From Lepidodermella squamata (lineage: Eukaryota; Animalia; Gastrotricha), in the NCBI GenBank assembly GCA_047495785.1, contig JBLDXI010000024.1, forward strand, positions 1,922,001 through 1,986,000: a DNA stretch of 64,000 nucleotides, in the 5' to 3' direction. The translations under genes and the position numbers were made by a program. Below the pieces are notes generated by a model, which saw only the letters and a list, made by a program, of their open reading frames with translations, ran no database searches and was not told where the DNA came from. This document shows positions 48,023 through 61,793 of the stretch, piece after piece; the stretch's first letter is position 1, and each line of letters opens with the position of its first letter.

Positions 48023-50516
48023 TCATATTTCTCTTCGCATCACTTCACCATAAATGAAAATTATTGCAACTGCAAAAAAGCTTGGTTCATTCCGATATCC
48101 TGTGGACTTTGGCGAATTGTTGGCTGTTTCCTTCGGATCAACCTTGCCAGAAGAGCCAAGCGATTCGACAGAATTAGGCTGACTGACCATGCCACCGGAA
48201 TGACTTACTGACTCGACGTTATCGAAATTTAGGGAACCTGCAGTTTCCGCAGCTGCTTTCAGCTTTTCAACAGCCGCTGTGACTTTTTGCGATATTTCCG
48301 ACTCTGTCATTTGCGTCAGGCTTCTCAAAGCGACGATATAGTCCGAGATTACACTTCCTTTTTTGAAGCCAGTGATAGTTACGCTTATCTCAACGAACTG
48401 GCCAGTAGTATTGTACATTAGAAAGATCGCCGGTTTGAATATGGCCACTGCTTCTTTAAATAAGGAGCTTGACGCATTGCTCAGATCTTGAGGCCAGGGT
48501 TCTCCGCTCACAAATGTCCCATTTGCCAGGGAAAACGCGGTAACATGAAGCTTGCCACTTCCTAAGGGTACTCATGATATAAAATAAATAAAATTTATAA
48601 GGAAGAGGGAAACCTTTGGTTTGAAAATCCTTCGAAGCCGAAGTAAGGGAAGAATCTGTTTGACCCTTTGTGGACCCTTTGGCCGTTGAAGATCCAGCAG
48701 TTTTTACTGTTGTAGTAATTGACGGAGCTGGGGTTGTTTTCGGGGTATTAGTAATAGTTGACACAGTTCTGGTAGATTTAGCTGTGGTTGTAGTTTGTGG
48801 ACCGCAGGTCATCTGATCATTGTTTGATCCCTTGATTGTATATGTTTCGATAGACTTCAAAAATACTGCAGAAGCAAACTGCCCTGACTGAGCCCCAGCC
48901 CCGATGTAATAGGGACCCCCAGAGCTCAAACCAGTTAAATTGAAAGAAGGTTTTCCAAATGTGTAGAGCGTATTATTCCCACAAATGTAAGCACTAACAA
49001 GATCTCCCGAACGAAAATGGCCTGACTGGTTTTAGATATTTATTGACCGTATGGATGTTTTAACGATGTTTATTGACCAAGTCGCTCCAAAAAAACGTCA
49101 GCTCGATGTTGTTATGACGTTTTTAGCTAATAAAGCGCAACAGTCTAAACCGGTCTCAATAATGGCTAGCCCTTTTTGCTAATGGATCGAAGTTTTGGCG
49201 ACTTTCGCAGACCCCATTTTTTGCGATGCCTTTTTCTGCGACCTTTCTGCCAATTAGCACTCTAGGAAAGCGCGATATTTCTCGACTTGGTGGGTGCGCT
49301 AGACATAAAATGACTATTTCTTGAACTTTATTTGGAATTGTCTAAAAACTTCCGTGACAGCTTTCTAGTAAAATGAACATCTAGAAATATCAATAAATAA
49401 TCGGGCACCCGAAAGCCTAGTAAGGTCAAAATAATTGCTGGGAATGATTATCTGGAACCCTCTAAAATATTTCAAGCCCTGTATCCAGGACATGGGACTT
49501 GGCAAAAATCACCAAGTCTAAAGTACAACTTATTTATAAACCAATTTAATCAATAATAATCATGTGATAGCTGGTGGCGTAGTGGGTGAGGTGTTGGGAC
49601 TGTGTCATCAAGGTCACAGATTCAATCCTCATCAGCAACAGTTTTTTAATTATAGTTTAAATTATACCCCGACATTACATTGACATTTCTAGGTATTAAC
49701 TTGGCTAGAGGTTCTTAAGAAGTTTATTGACAATTCCAAATAAACATCTAGAAAACATCCAAGCGTAAATACCTGAAAACATCTAGAAAAGTCAGCAAAT
49801 TTTCGTTCGGGCTCCTTCAACAACTATTCTCACTACGGTAAATTCGTCGTGAAAAAGCTGTATGGCTGTTCCAACAGGAGCAATGCCAACGATGAAAGTG
49901 TTATTATAAGGGGAAAAGTCTGTCGCTGTGCTCGAGAAAGCGAATTTAACATCTCTATAATAAGGCCTCCCATAAATAAAGAAGCCGCCTTGAAACTTAT
50001 CCAGCACACCGGCGTTACTGGCTAGTGAAAATTAGAAAAAATGTGTATTGGCCTTCAGAAGATTGATATATAATACCGGAAGACTTGTTGTTTGATAATC
50101 CACTATAAGGCACGACAAAAATGCTGAATCCATCTCCTTTTGCTGATACATTCAGCATGAGGGTGAAATCCATCGCAAAGCTTGCGCCACCTTGCCAGAA
50201 CGAGGATGGGAGAGCCGAAGCTGACCGCATGCCAGAGTTCGAATAATAGTTATCAGATTTCATTAATGCTATCGTGTTATCGGTCATTTTTGTTGGAGTA
50301 ATAGATCTCGTTGAGATAGTAGGAATAAAATATGCTGGAAAAATTTATCTTCAACGATGGGACACATGTTTTGCTTCATAGCAACTTACTAATATCCCCA
50401 TTTATCAAAGAATACTTCGGAATCAAGGTCCAGTTGGGAGGAATGTTCATTTGCGATGAACATAGGCTGCATTCTAGCAAAATAACCGCAAGAATAGCTA
50501 CTAAGTACCTCACCAT
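48023..50516 (-). pseudogene. Lectin-mucin-SEA paralog interrupted in the lectin exon by a transposon
   Basis: MVRYLVAILAVILLECSLC signal; KGDGFSIFVVP; removing 49006-49811 plus one CT restores VVEGDLVSA in frame; SEA GFKKGSVISDY. Confidence 0.8.
49006..49811. mobile_element. Non-autonomous EnSpm/CMC-like element with a tRNA-like cassette
   Basis: TIR CCCGAACGAAAAT; 2-bp target duplication CT at 49004-49005 and 49812-49813; A-box TGGCGTAGTGG and degenerate B-box GATTCAATCC at ~49575-49630. Confidence 0.8.
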
Positions 50517-50767
50517 AGCGGCCATTTTTTTGAGGGATGTGGAAGCTATCCTGCAAGTCTGCTGGAGATGCGCCGTTCTGTTTACATACCATCAGTATAG
50601 ATCTTAGAACCTTTTCAAGACAGTCACCCAATTAAATAGGGCCTCAACCTGATGTCTTCCTTGTTATCTTCAGATTCATTCAAGAGATACACAATATGAT
50701 TTTAACAAGCGATAAGAAAATTAATAGATCGATAGTAAATAAGCTTGTACAAACAAAACACCTAGGA

Positions 50768-51273
50768 CATTATAGGGCGACTTTGCAGTCACGTGAATAA
50801 GGTCAAAGTCCGTCTATTTTTTTCTGGTCTTGGTCGCGCGGTCGCGCAGTCGTTGTGGTCGGGCGGTCGTGTAAAAAAATGCTCACTTAAAAATGAGAGA
50901 AAAAAAACGATGCACCACCAGGAGTCGAACTAAGGATGTTGGAATAAAAAGCCATGTTTTTGATCCACTACGCCACCAGTTGAAGAAATCGGCCGGGAAA
51001 ATATTTACACCCATATTGTTGCTAATCGGATCCACTGATAGAAACTCTTAATTGCCATGAATTGGTGGCGTAGTGGATCAAAAACATGGCTTTTTATTCC
51101 AACATCCTTAGTTCGACTCCTGGTGGTGCATCGTTTTTTTTCTCTCATTTTTAAGTGAGCATTTTTTTACACGACCGCCCGACCACAACGACTGCGCGAC
51201 CGCGCGACCAAGACCAGAAAAAAATAGACGGACTTTGACCTTATTCACGTGACTGCAAAGTCGCCCTATAATG
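50768..51273. mobile_element. Palindromic non-autonomous element (EnSpm/CMC-like) with 211-bp inverted arms containing tRNA-like sequence
   Basis: Arms 50768-50978 and 51063-51273 appear perfectly complementary; ends CATTATAG; 2-bp target duplication GA; each arm has TGGCGTAGTGG (A box) and GTTCGACTCC (B box). Confidence 0.88.
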
Positions 51274-53098
51274 GAGGTTCATTATAAAATCAATCCTCAT
51301 TTCCGAGCCTTTGCTGCTGCCTTCAGGCATTGGTGGGGTGTTCGGCTTATCGGCAATGGCGTTGCCTCCATTATGACTTATGGATGTAACATCGTTGAAG
51401 AAAGCCGCGAAAGTGGTTGACGACTCCTTCAGTTTCGTTATAGCCTTTTCGACCTTAAGCTGAATTTCCGACTCAGTCAGTTGCGTCAAACTTCGCAGTA
51501 CAACAATGTAGTCACAGATCACACTCCCTTTCCGAAAGCCAGTAATCGAGATGTTGATTTTGCTGAAAAGCTCCGTTGTGTTGTAAATCAGAACGAGAAC
51601 CGGGTTGAAAATAGCATTGGCCTGTCTGAATAATGGGCTGCTGTTGTTGCTCAGATCGGAAGGCCAAGGTTCGCCGTTCATTGAGGTTCCGTTGGACAGG
51701 GTGAACTGGACGACCCGAAGCATACCATTACCTATGAAGATAAAATGATTAGAAAGTCTCAAAACTGAAAGTATACGTCTATTATTACCTGTGAAATCGA
51801 GAATGCTTGACAAATCCGATGGGGAACTCGTCACCAATGGTGATGAGTATGATGCGGTAGGGTTCGAAGATAACACAGACGCCGATGCAACTTTCGCTGT
51901 TTGTTGGGATTTCGTTGTTGAATCGGTGAGAAGGTTAGCGATTGTCGTAATGTTCGCTGCGGTCGAGGCCATGCCGCCTTTTGATAATAATGATAGCAAG
52001 TTTGAGTTTGTTGCGGTCGATTGCAATGATTTAGAAGTTATTGTCGTTGAAGTTGAAGATGAAGTACTGCTGTTAGTTGTGATTTTAGCAACGCCTGAAG
52101 TCGAGCTACTAGCTTGAGTAGTGGTGGTTGAAGAACTGCTTGTTGTCGGGCAATAATTCGGTGTAGTAGATGGCACGATAGTCGTTTGTGGGCCACAAGT
52201 CATTGCATCTGTATTATTTCCCACGATTTGGTACGTCTGTATCGACTTCAAGAATATAGCAGATACGTAGTCTCCCGTTTGTGCGCCCACGCCCAAGTGG
52301 TACGGTCCGGATGTGCTCAATTTGCTTAAAGTTATCGGAGGGGCGCCGATCTTTCGCATCTGAGAGTTGACGCACACGTAGGCACTGACTTGGTTCTGCT
52401 GAACAATCAGACGAACAAGGCCGAAAGTGTTGTAGAACATCGCAACTGTTCCACTTGGAGCAGAACCCTTAATTAAAGATGAATCCACAACTTCTATTTT
52501 CAAAGGGGTTTGCGAGTAGGCGATTCGCACGTCATTATAAAAAGGCCTGGCGTATAAAAAAAGTCCACCTTGAAAAGCTTTCTTCGTTCCCCAATTGCTT
52601 TCTGTAAGGTGAATAATAGAATCAATTTTATTCATTTTAGCTAACTTTACGGCTCGATAGGTTTTGTGATAGACCGCTAGGAGGTACCAGATAAAGAGCG
52701 AACCCATCGCCTTTAGAGTTTTGAATTACTTTGACAGTCAAGTCAATCGCAAAGCCAGTTCCGGCTTGCCAAAGCCAAGAAGAGAGGAGCGAGGCTGAGT
52801 AAAATGAGGAGTATGAACTTGTGGCAGTTGAACTCATCAGTTGATACGTAATATTATCACTCTGCAACTTCGGCGAATGTGATTTAGAGAAACCAGTGTA
52901 AAAGTTGGCTAGAAAGGAAAGAAATTAAATTTTCAGATAGGCACTCGCGGTTAGGGACTAACATGCATCTCCATTGGCTAAGCTGAATTGGGGTAGAGGG
53001 CACCAATTCGATGGAATATTCATCTGACAACAGGCCAGCCGCAGCAAACCGCAGCAGAACGAAGCAAAAATAGGTGACCACCAGCTTAGCAATATCAT
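51241..53098 (-). CDS. Lectin-mucin-SEA paralog whose hydrophobic tail is replaced by transposon sequence
   Basis: MILLSWWSPIFASFCCGLLRLACC signal; KGDGFALYLVP; GFRKGSVICDY; ends MNL-HYRATLQSRE inside the palindromic element. Confidence 0.8.
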
Positions 53099-53647
53099 GT
53101 TTCAATGAGGAGCTGGTAGAAAAGTCTGGAAAATTTCATCTGAAGTACCTGAAAACCTTCTAAATCCCGAACCCGCTCAGGAGCCTAGTTCGATGCTTCA
53201 TCATGTTTACTTCTCATCAATATATAAAAAAGTTGCGCATGCTATAACAAGGCTTCATAATTGGCACATAAAGAACGTGATGGAGTAACGGGATTTCAAT
53301 AATTAACATATTTTGCTTATTTTTAGCCTCGGCTTCACTGGGCGTATTCGGGCAGACCGCCATAACAGCAAATACTTCGTATATACAGTATATATACAAA
53401 ACTCTCTCAGTTGAGTCAAACTCCTCAATGCGACGATATAATCAGGTGTCACACTTCCTTTCTTGAAACCAGTTTGCTGACACTGATCTCGCTGAACGCG
53501 CCAGTGGTGCTGTAGATAAGGGTGATAGCAGGTTTGAAGATACCAACGGCTTCTTTGAAAAGGTTACTTGAAGCGTTGTTAAGGTCTTGTGGCAATGGAT
53601 CGCCACTAATCGATGTTCCATTAGCCGTCACAAAATCAGTCACTTAA

Positions 53648-54354
53648 CCCTTTTGACCCATCAACACACGGGTGTGTGACCACTTTGGAAAATTCTGAAA
53701 AATCAAGTGTAACTAATAAGGCTTAGCGTTTTTGTTCAATAGGGAGGGGAGTAGTTACTTAGTTAATATTGATTTTCTCATATTTTTTGCAGACACCTAA
53801 GTTATGAAATTTATTGGTCAAAAAAAACTAAGACCAAAAAATCGATTTTTCTCACACCGATATTTTTGAAGTATTTTTTTTCCTATATATATTTTGGTTG
53901 GCTATTCATAGCGTTGTGGATTATCAAGGTGAAAGGTGTGGCTACCATATGAGACAAAAATTTCAATATTACGAGGCTAGATGGCGGCGTGATAAAACAC
54001 GAAAGACACGACACACGGGTGTGTTAGCGGGCCAGATTTTCATTCATCTGTAGTACATTTCTATTATTAGTATCATATTAGTGAAATCTTTACTGCTTAA
54101 CTGCTTGAAAAATACGAAGGCTAGGAACCTGCGGTTTCAGAATTTTTATCAATCAAGGATAGGAGAATACGTCTATGCTTTCTTTCAGGGGGTCATAAAT
54201 TTGACAGATTACGTAATACGGTAATTACGTCACTAATTAGCGGTTGGTAATAAAAATATAAGAAGGTCGGATCTGAAATCAGCGCATCAAGTTTAGTCAG
54301 GGACGAAGTTCTCATAATTTTCCTGTGGAAAAAAGGGGTCTGGGCTAATACGGG
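53648..54354. mobile_element. piggyBac-like non-autonomous insertion
   Basis: TTAA-CCC...GGG-TTAA ends with imperfect terminal inverted repeats. Confidence 0.55.
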
Positions 54355-54371
54355 TTAAGCAATCTTGGATG

Positions 54372-54993
54372 GGTCTAAATAAGTGCACCACCTAAAATGA
54401 GGTTCCAGCGCTAAATTTGTGAGTGCGTCCACCTAAAATGCAAACAGGCGGCACTAAATCTTCGCGCCACCTAAATAATGAATCCAGCACTAAATAATTG
54501 GTGTGGCACTAAATAATAGCTTAGGCGCGCCGCCGAGCAATATTTAAGGCGGCTCAGTCATCATATCATCAACTGCATCATCATCATCTCGTCATTATTA
54601 TTTCTTGGTTATTATTCTGAAATGGAGGAAGTGCCCCTCTTAATCATCGATACGGCCGAAAATCTGCCGCCGCCGCAACCAGCCAGTCGTCGACGCGGCA
54701 AGGAGCAGGTCTGGACGTGTGTTCAACAGTTCGAGGACGAGGAGGCTGCCGACGATCACGTCGCGGACACCGGCACAGCTTGGTGGTGGAATAACGGCCA
54801 CTCGTACCTCACCAACCGCGGCATGATGCACTACTTCGACTGCTCACACCCTGGTAGCCAAAGTAAGCTCCGAAACGTTATTCATGCCGATTCGCTGTAC
54901 GTGTCGCTGGAAGAAAACGACATCAACCATGATCATTCGCAACCGAAGAAAGAAAAACAGCGCGGTTTGCCCCCCAGCAACTCGACGTTGTAG
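54372..54993 (+). mobile_element. 5' fragment of a MULE-like element
   Basis: Subterminal CACTAAAT/CCTAAAAT repeats at 54372-54550, then ORF 54622..54993 (W...YFDCSHP...SKLR...NHDH) resembling the N-terminal Zn-finger region of MULE transposases; truncated against lectin-gene stalk sequence. Confidence 0.55.
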
Positions 54994-55781
54994 GTGTTCT
55001 GCTGGTTGGTTCTTGCTCCGTTGTAGTTGAAGAAGTCGTTGGCACGGTTGTTGTTGCCTCAGACGTGGTGCTAGAGGCATAAGTGCTCGTTGGAGCTGAA
55101 GTAGTTGTCGTTGTCTCAGGGGTTGTAGCAGTCCAACAGTCCATGCTATCTAGAGTATGTCCAATGATCTGATAGGTTTCGATGGACTTCAATGTAACGC
55201 CGGAAACAAATCCACCAGCTAAAGCTCCAACACCCATGTAGTAGGGCCCACCGTTACTCAACCCTGGGGTGGCTATGGTACCCGATCCTATCGTCCGGAA
55301 ATTCCCATCAACACAAACATAGGCGCCAACTTGATCCTAGTTGACAACGATCCTCACGATGCCATATCTATCGTTAACAAGTTCAATTGCACCACCTGGA
55401 GCGGATCCAAGTTGAAGAGAGTTGTCGTATGAATGTTTCGGGGAAGTGAGTAAGCCAGAGAGACATCGTAATAATAAGGCCTTCCGTACAGAAACAAGCC
55501 ACCTTGAAATGGATACGCTACCCCAGCGCAACTAGCTGAATTTATTCAAGAATAGTATTCATCACCATTCATTAGTTAGAAGAAAATATTGCAGCTCATA
55601 CCGGAAGAGTAGTTTTTAGTTACTTAAATCGCAAAGATTCTAACGTAATGATTTATTTGCCAACGTCAAAAAAGCTCAGATACAATAATGAAATATTCAC
55701 AATTACAGGGGCTCAGTTTATGCCTGTTTTTTTCTAGATTCGACTATCTATGCGCCGGGGAACTGGGTATGAGCGTAAGAA

Positions 55782-58495
55782 TTAAGCAGAGATATCCACT
55801 ATTCGATAAGTTTCGATTGACTTGACATAAACCCCGGAACATTTCGCCTCAGCATGTGCTCCAACTCCGAGCCAATAAGGACCCGAAGTGCTGAAGTTTT
55901 CAAGTGCCGCCGATAAAACTGCTGTTGATCCGTCGTTGAGAATAATTGTTGCGGTGACATGGTTCCCTCGAAAAACAAGGTTCACCGTATGATCACCAAA
56001 CATTTTATCAAGTGTGCCTTCCGGTGCGGCAGCGATTTGACACCCGTCAGCTCCAATGGCAGTGCAGCGAGGTTCAATCTTCGAGTTATAGTAAAATAGC
56101 CTGACTTGGGAGTAATGGGGTCGCACGTGGAAAGCGAATCCACCTGACAAGGGATATTTCGCTCCATAATACGATGTACCGCCTTGAAAATTGTGTATAA
56201 GTACCCGATGAAACAAAATTTGCTTTAATGAGAATTACCTTGCTTCACAGGGTTCGGGAGAGATTCTTGAGGTATTAAATAAATCGCGTAGCCGCCACCA
56301 AAAGTTCCTCGCTCTAATGCTAAGGAAACTCTAACCGCAAAATTTGCAAATGGCGTAAACAGCGCTGAAGGTAGGGACGATTTCGAAATCATCGCAGCTT
56401 GAGCGAACCGAGCATAGGAAAACATCAGAGCGTAACGTTTGTCGGGCATAATCTTCTGCGCTGGCATAGAAATCGCGAATGCTGAGAAGTTTTCTAAAAC
56501 GGAAATGATGGAAGTAAATGTAAAGAGACATCTAGCCATACCAGGTTTTCCGTCAGCGAAAGCGTAGCCTGGTACCTTTTTCCACGAACTTGGTATGTCA
56601 ATTGTAGGGCTGGGTGTTGTTGGTGCTGCTGTGTTTGTAGGTGAACCTACCCCGTATACACGTATAGATTTTACGTAGACATTAGAGGATTCGGTTCCTG
56701 AAGCAGTTCCAACGCCCAGGTAGTAAGGTTCGCCAGAACCAAAACCACCCAGAGTTACGGGAGTCGTGTCAAATCCATAAACAGATCCATCAGAAAATGT
56801 TAGATTTGCCGTTAGCGCTTTGTTTTCAATGATCATGCGAACGGTCATGTCATTAGCCAAAGCTTTAGATATAGCTGCCTTATCGGCATTGGCTTTGAAG
56901 ATTTCCGGTTGACTGCCTACTCCTGTGGTCGTCGGCGCATTGGAGTAAGCAATAGGAATCTGAGCACCATCGTAGCCAGGATATGGCCTCACAAGCATGA
57001 CAATACCTCCTTGAAACGGCTCAGTTAGCGAGTAGGCAGACCCTTCGGAAATGTTATCAAAATAAATTTAGACTAAGTACAATGTTCTTGAGAAAATCTT
57101 ACCATAGAAGTTGGGCTGCTCTGATATACCTTGTCTCGGTACAATGAAAATTGCATATCCATCACCAGGCGTACGTTTTGGGCTGTTATTCATCCGCATG
57201 GTTATCTCAACAATGCATTTAGCGTTAGTCGCTTCGAACAAATAACTTGGTAACGCGATTTTTGAGTAGATGCCGCAAGACGAAGATTGCACAGTTTCAT
57301 CCATCAGCTTTACAGTTAGATCGTTCATCACCCGCGGTTTGATTATCGGGTTTTCTGTCGAATTGTAGTTTTCTACAGGTCAGCGAAAAAGTTTTAAAAA
57401 CGTATAAATCTATAGCATAGCGCATTAACTCATATCTCCGTCCATCAGGGTGAACTCTGGTAACAACTGCCCGTTGCTTGGTTCGGCTTGAGCAGTGATA
57501 GTTGAAGTTTTCGAGTTACGCAATGGCGTCGTAGACGGTTTTGATGTGGGTTTCGTCATTGTAGTCGTTGTTGATGTTGTCGTCGGAGAAGAATCGGAAC
57601 ATGTCATAGGTGGATCGACGGGCAATCCGGTAACATATGTTTTTATCGACTTCAAAATCACTTCGACAGCATGTTCACCATTGAAGGCGCCGACTCCCAG
57701 GTAATAATCCCGCGGAATGGGGTTTGTAGGTGATGGGGAAAGTCCTTTCGCCAGCTGAGGTGTGGCAACATTAACCAATGAATTTCCCGCGCATGCGTAG
57801 GTTGTCACGCTGTCACCTTCGATTGCTAACCTTAACGTGGCGAAATCGTTGTTGAATCGGTCGACAACCCAAGGCTCTGCTTTTGCAAGCACCAAAGACT
57901 CATCGTCTACTGTCTTGGTAGTCTTCACAGCTGAGAATGCGAGAGCGGCACCCCTCCCGGGCCTCGCGTAAAAAACTAGACCACCATTAAAAGGGCTTGC
58001 CAAAATTCCAGGACCTGCGATTTATTTTCTGAAATACCATGAAAAATTAGGTAAGTAGAGTGAGCTTACCACTGGCGTTAGCTGCAATACTTTCGAGTGG
58101 AACTAAAAAAACCGCGAAGCCGTCTCCTATGCTCGTTGGTATTATCTTGATGCTGATATCAATAACTAAACCCGAGGTAAAATATGCAGTGGTTATTGTC
58201 GTCGCCGAAATGAAAGCAGCACTGACATGGGTCTTTGTAGAATCAACTATTCGAAACGAGCCATCAGACAGCTTGGCTATGGGTGAAGCATCAGCTGACA
58301 AGTAGTTCTTGAAGTTACCTAGGTAGCAAAATGAAATACAGGCTAGGTCCCATTGCGTTTTATGCATGGCTTACTGTTATCTCCACTGTACATGGAATAA
58401 GGTGGCCACATTCTCCAGTGTGTAGGAACCGTCGTATCGCTGTAAACTGCAACCAAGCAGAAAATAGAAATTGCGCTGAGGCGCGTCAAAATCAT
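55782..58495 (-). CDS. Secreted protein with three tandem L-type lectin-like domains
   Basis: MILTRLSAISIFCLVAVYS signal; three copies of G(D/G)G(F/Y)A(I/V)(F/Y)xxP...YxLGVG...KSI; Thr-rich linkers; no SEA domain or hydrophobic tail. Confidence 0.78.
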
Positions 58496-58682
58496 CGGTC
58501 AAGTGTCTGTCGCTTTAGAATAAATGCCTCCTGCAGATAGATTGATGAAAGAATGCAATGATAAATCGCAAACAAGAAACAGACGCTGTGTAAATAGCGA
58601 AGACAAGTTTTAATGACTTGATAACTGAAAAATAATTGCTTAGTTTTATTCTTCTGTTGATTTTATTCCCAATCAGATGGGC

Positions 58683-61340
58683 TTATCGCAGGTTGCTAGG
58701 TATTTCATATGTTTCGATCGATTTCACATAGACCCCAGACGAGTTCCTTTCTGCATGAGCCCCGACTCCGAGATAATAAGGCCCTGATGATTTGAATTCA
58801 GGCAGATTGCCTGTCAACACCGTCGAGTTTCCGTCTCCGAAGACGATCGTCGCAGACACGCTCTCGTCTTCGTAGAAAGCAAGAATTATCGTATTTTCGC
58901 CGTACATCTTGTCGATAGTTGCCGCAGGAGCTGTTTGAAGAACGAATTCCACATTGTTAATTTCAAATCCTGGCGGAGTTGTCGAAGGGTCGGGCTGGTA
59001 ATACAACAATCTGACATGTTGCGTATTAGGAACCGCCAGGAAAACGAAACCGCCCTGGAACGGAGCTTTCAAGCCGTAGAACGAAGATCCGCCTAAAATT
59101 TTGACATTGAATCAAAACGACAGCATGACGGAAAGTGAATACCCTTTTTAACAGGGTTCGCCAGAGAAATAGCTGGAACGACGAAAATAGCAAAACCACC
59201 TCCGCGTGTGCCCTTCTCCAGGGTCAATTTGACCTGGACGGCGAAATTAGTTGAGGTCGGTAGAGGATGCTTTGACGTCATAGCAGCTTGCGCATGACGA
59301 GCATAAGAAAACATCAAGGCGTATCGTTTGTCGGGCAATTTCTTCCCAGTGGGCATTGTTATTGCAAAAGGGTAAAAATTATCTTGAAAAGGAATAGCAT
59401 TGCAGGCTTAGGATAGTATTTTCCAAATATTACCAGCATTGCCATCTTTGAAAACGTGGGTTGGGATGATTTGCCAAGTGTCTGCATTATCGATTGTCGG
59501 AGCTGGCAATGTCGTCGTTTCGGGCAACTTGTCTTCATAGACATTAACGGACTTGATGAAGACATTTGAAGCTAGCATTCCAGCCGCAGCTCCAACGCCC
59601 AAGTAGTAAGGCCCACCTTGATCGAAACCGGACAAAATTACAGGCGAAGTGTTGAAGCCCGCTTTCGACCCATCGGCGAATAGGATTTCAGTACTAAGTA
59701 CATCCCTTTCAATTATCATGCGAACAATGAAATCACATGTCACCGCTTTTACGATGGCTGAATCTACAGCTTTGGCTTTGGTGATAACCGGAGCCATCGC
59801 TTTAGCAGCAGTCGGCGTTGCTGAGTAGGCAATAACAATTTCTGAGTAGCAAGGCCTCCCATATACAACCAATCCTCCTTTAAACGGATTCTCCAGAATA
59901 TAAACAGTAGCTTTATATTAAAAGATTTAATCGATAAATCATCTGAAAGTTTCTCAAAACGTACTGCCAAACGAAGGCTGATCTGATATGCTGGACCTCG
60001 GTGCTATGAAAATCGCAAATCCATCACCAGAAGTTATACCAGGGCTGTTATTCATTCGCAACTCAATGTTTACGACACACTTTGTCCCAGGAGTTGTGAA
60101 GGTGCTGCTAGGTAACGCCACTTTCGAATAAATACCACTATCAGCCATAGTCACTTTTTCACTCATGAGTTGAATTATTTGGTCAGGCGTCTTAATCGGC
60201 GTGAATTTTTTAGTTTTCGAGACGTTGTAGTTACCTGAAAAATTAATTATGAAATACGAATGTTTGAGGATGCGTAGAGTTGGGGATTACTCAAATCTCC
60301 ATTCAGGAGAGTGTAAGCTGGCAATAGTTTCCAAGAAGAGTCTGGCGGCCATTGTTTTTGACCTGATGCAGAGCATGATACCGGTGTTGTTGTAGTTTTA
60401 TACCTAGGTGTAACCGTGGTTGTTGAATCACACTCCATCTTGTAGACAAGAGTACAGCTCACGATGTAAGTTTCGATTGATTTGAGGACGACGCCTGAAG
60501 CGTGCTTGCCATTGTGAGCCCCAACGCCTAAATGGTATGTGTTCAGGTTCTTCGCTAGTCCACCCAGTGTCAGTGGCGGGTTGCCGACGGCTTTCAGTTG
60601 GCTCGCGCCATAGACATAAGCACTGACGTAATTCCCTGAAATCATCAATCTGACGACCCCGAATCCATTCGACGAATTCAACAGTTGAACCACTGCACTC
60701 TCTGCGAATCCTTTCACAAGCGATGTTTCGTAAGCCGGTACTTCGGTCTGCGTAGCCGAATAAGCCAACTTTGTATCGCTGTAAAAAGGCCTCGCATAGA
60801 AAAACAGTCCACCCTTAAACTTTGTCAAAACTCCAGCATCTTGTTCTGTGAATAATGAGTTATCCTTTGTTTGGCAAGTCATTTTGGAACTTACCACTCG
60901 AAAAATTCCCTCCTAGACCTGTTTTCGGCACGAGAAAAATTGCAAAGCCGTCGCCACCTTTGGGGTCAGCTTCTACATCGAATTCAATTTTAATCGTCAC
61001 ATCTATTACTAAGCTGATGCCCGTATCTAGTTTTGGTAACGGATCAACTGAGTAGAAGGCCGAATCAGAATTTGCCGTTGTTGTTCCCATCATTTTGAAG
61101 CTGCCGTCAGTTAAACGCTTGGGCGCTGTTGAATCAGTGATGATTGGAATGAATTTTGCTAAAAAATATGCATCTTGCAAACATGGATCAAATGTAAACT
61201 TTTCAGCCTCCATTACATGCGTCTCCGTCTTTCAAAGTATGCGACGATAGCAACGACCACTCTGCGGTTGGCTTGTTCAACTGAGCCCATGCGGTGCTGC
61301 AATGTAGGCAACAAAGAATAGCAATTTGAAAGGCGACCAT
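58683..61340 (-). CDS. Secreted protein with three tandem L-type lectin-like domains
   Basis: MVAFQIAILCCLHCSTAWA signal; GDGFAIFLVP, GDGFAIFIAP, GGGFAIFVVP; ends ETYEIPSNLR. Confidence 0.78.
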
Positions 61341-61793
61341 TACTCAAAAGGAAATTTCTGCGAAATGTCGCACGCAACACCTCACCACACTTACCTAAGT
61401 CTTGTATCGATAGAAAAATGTTTACTTCTTATTACAATTATTTTTTAACGAATCGATTGTTATTACAAAAATTGTCCACAGGCATAAGAAATCGAGGTAA
61501 AAACCAATATTTATCAAAGCAGTCACCATCGGCTTTTCCCAGGTTACTGTGTTACATTTGGTAGTTCTTTCTCGATATCGATTCGATTAAGACCCGCAAG
61601 CCTACTGAAAAAATTGATCTTAGCTAATTACATCTAAGAATTAAAAGGCTACTCATGAAAAGATTCTCATGTGTGCACATTATTGGGCGTTCTACTATTA
61701 GCGATTTTCCTTTTTTTCAGATGAATGAAAGGTACGACAGATACAGATACATTTCAAGGCGACGTAGTGGTAGGATGGTCATTAGATACATAA

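Larger units (their letters stand above)
53395..55620 (-). pseudogene. Truncated lectin-mucin-SEA paralog (closest to the 41094 gene), split by insertions
   Basis: Lectin pieces at 55000-55620 with frameshift/stop; SEA piece at 53395-53643 frameshifted; exon 1 and most of exon 2 missing. Confidence 0.75.

Noticed and set aside
51063-51130. Possible tRNA gene (also the mirror copy at ~50910-50978 and the copy at 49570-49640)
   Set aside because: A and B boxes are present but I cannot fold a proper anticodon arm, and the copies lie within transposons; treated as tRNA-derived cassettes
52884-53105. ORF-track translation MKHDIAKLVV as the signal exon (similarly 50389..50631 and 62122..62388)
   Set aside because: Wrong frame; paralog comparison supports the frame encoding QMNIPSNW...NGDA
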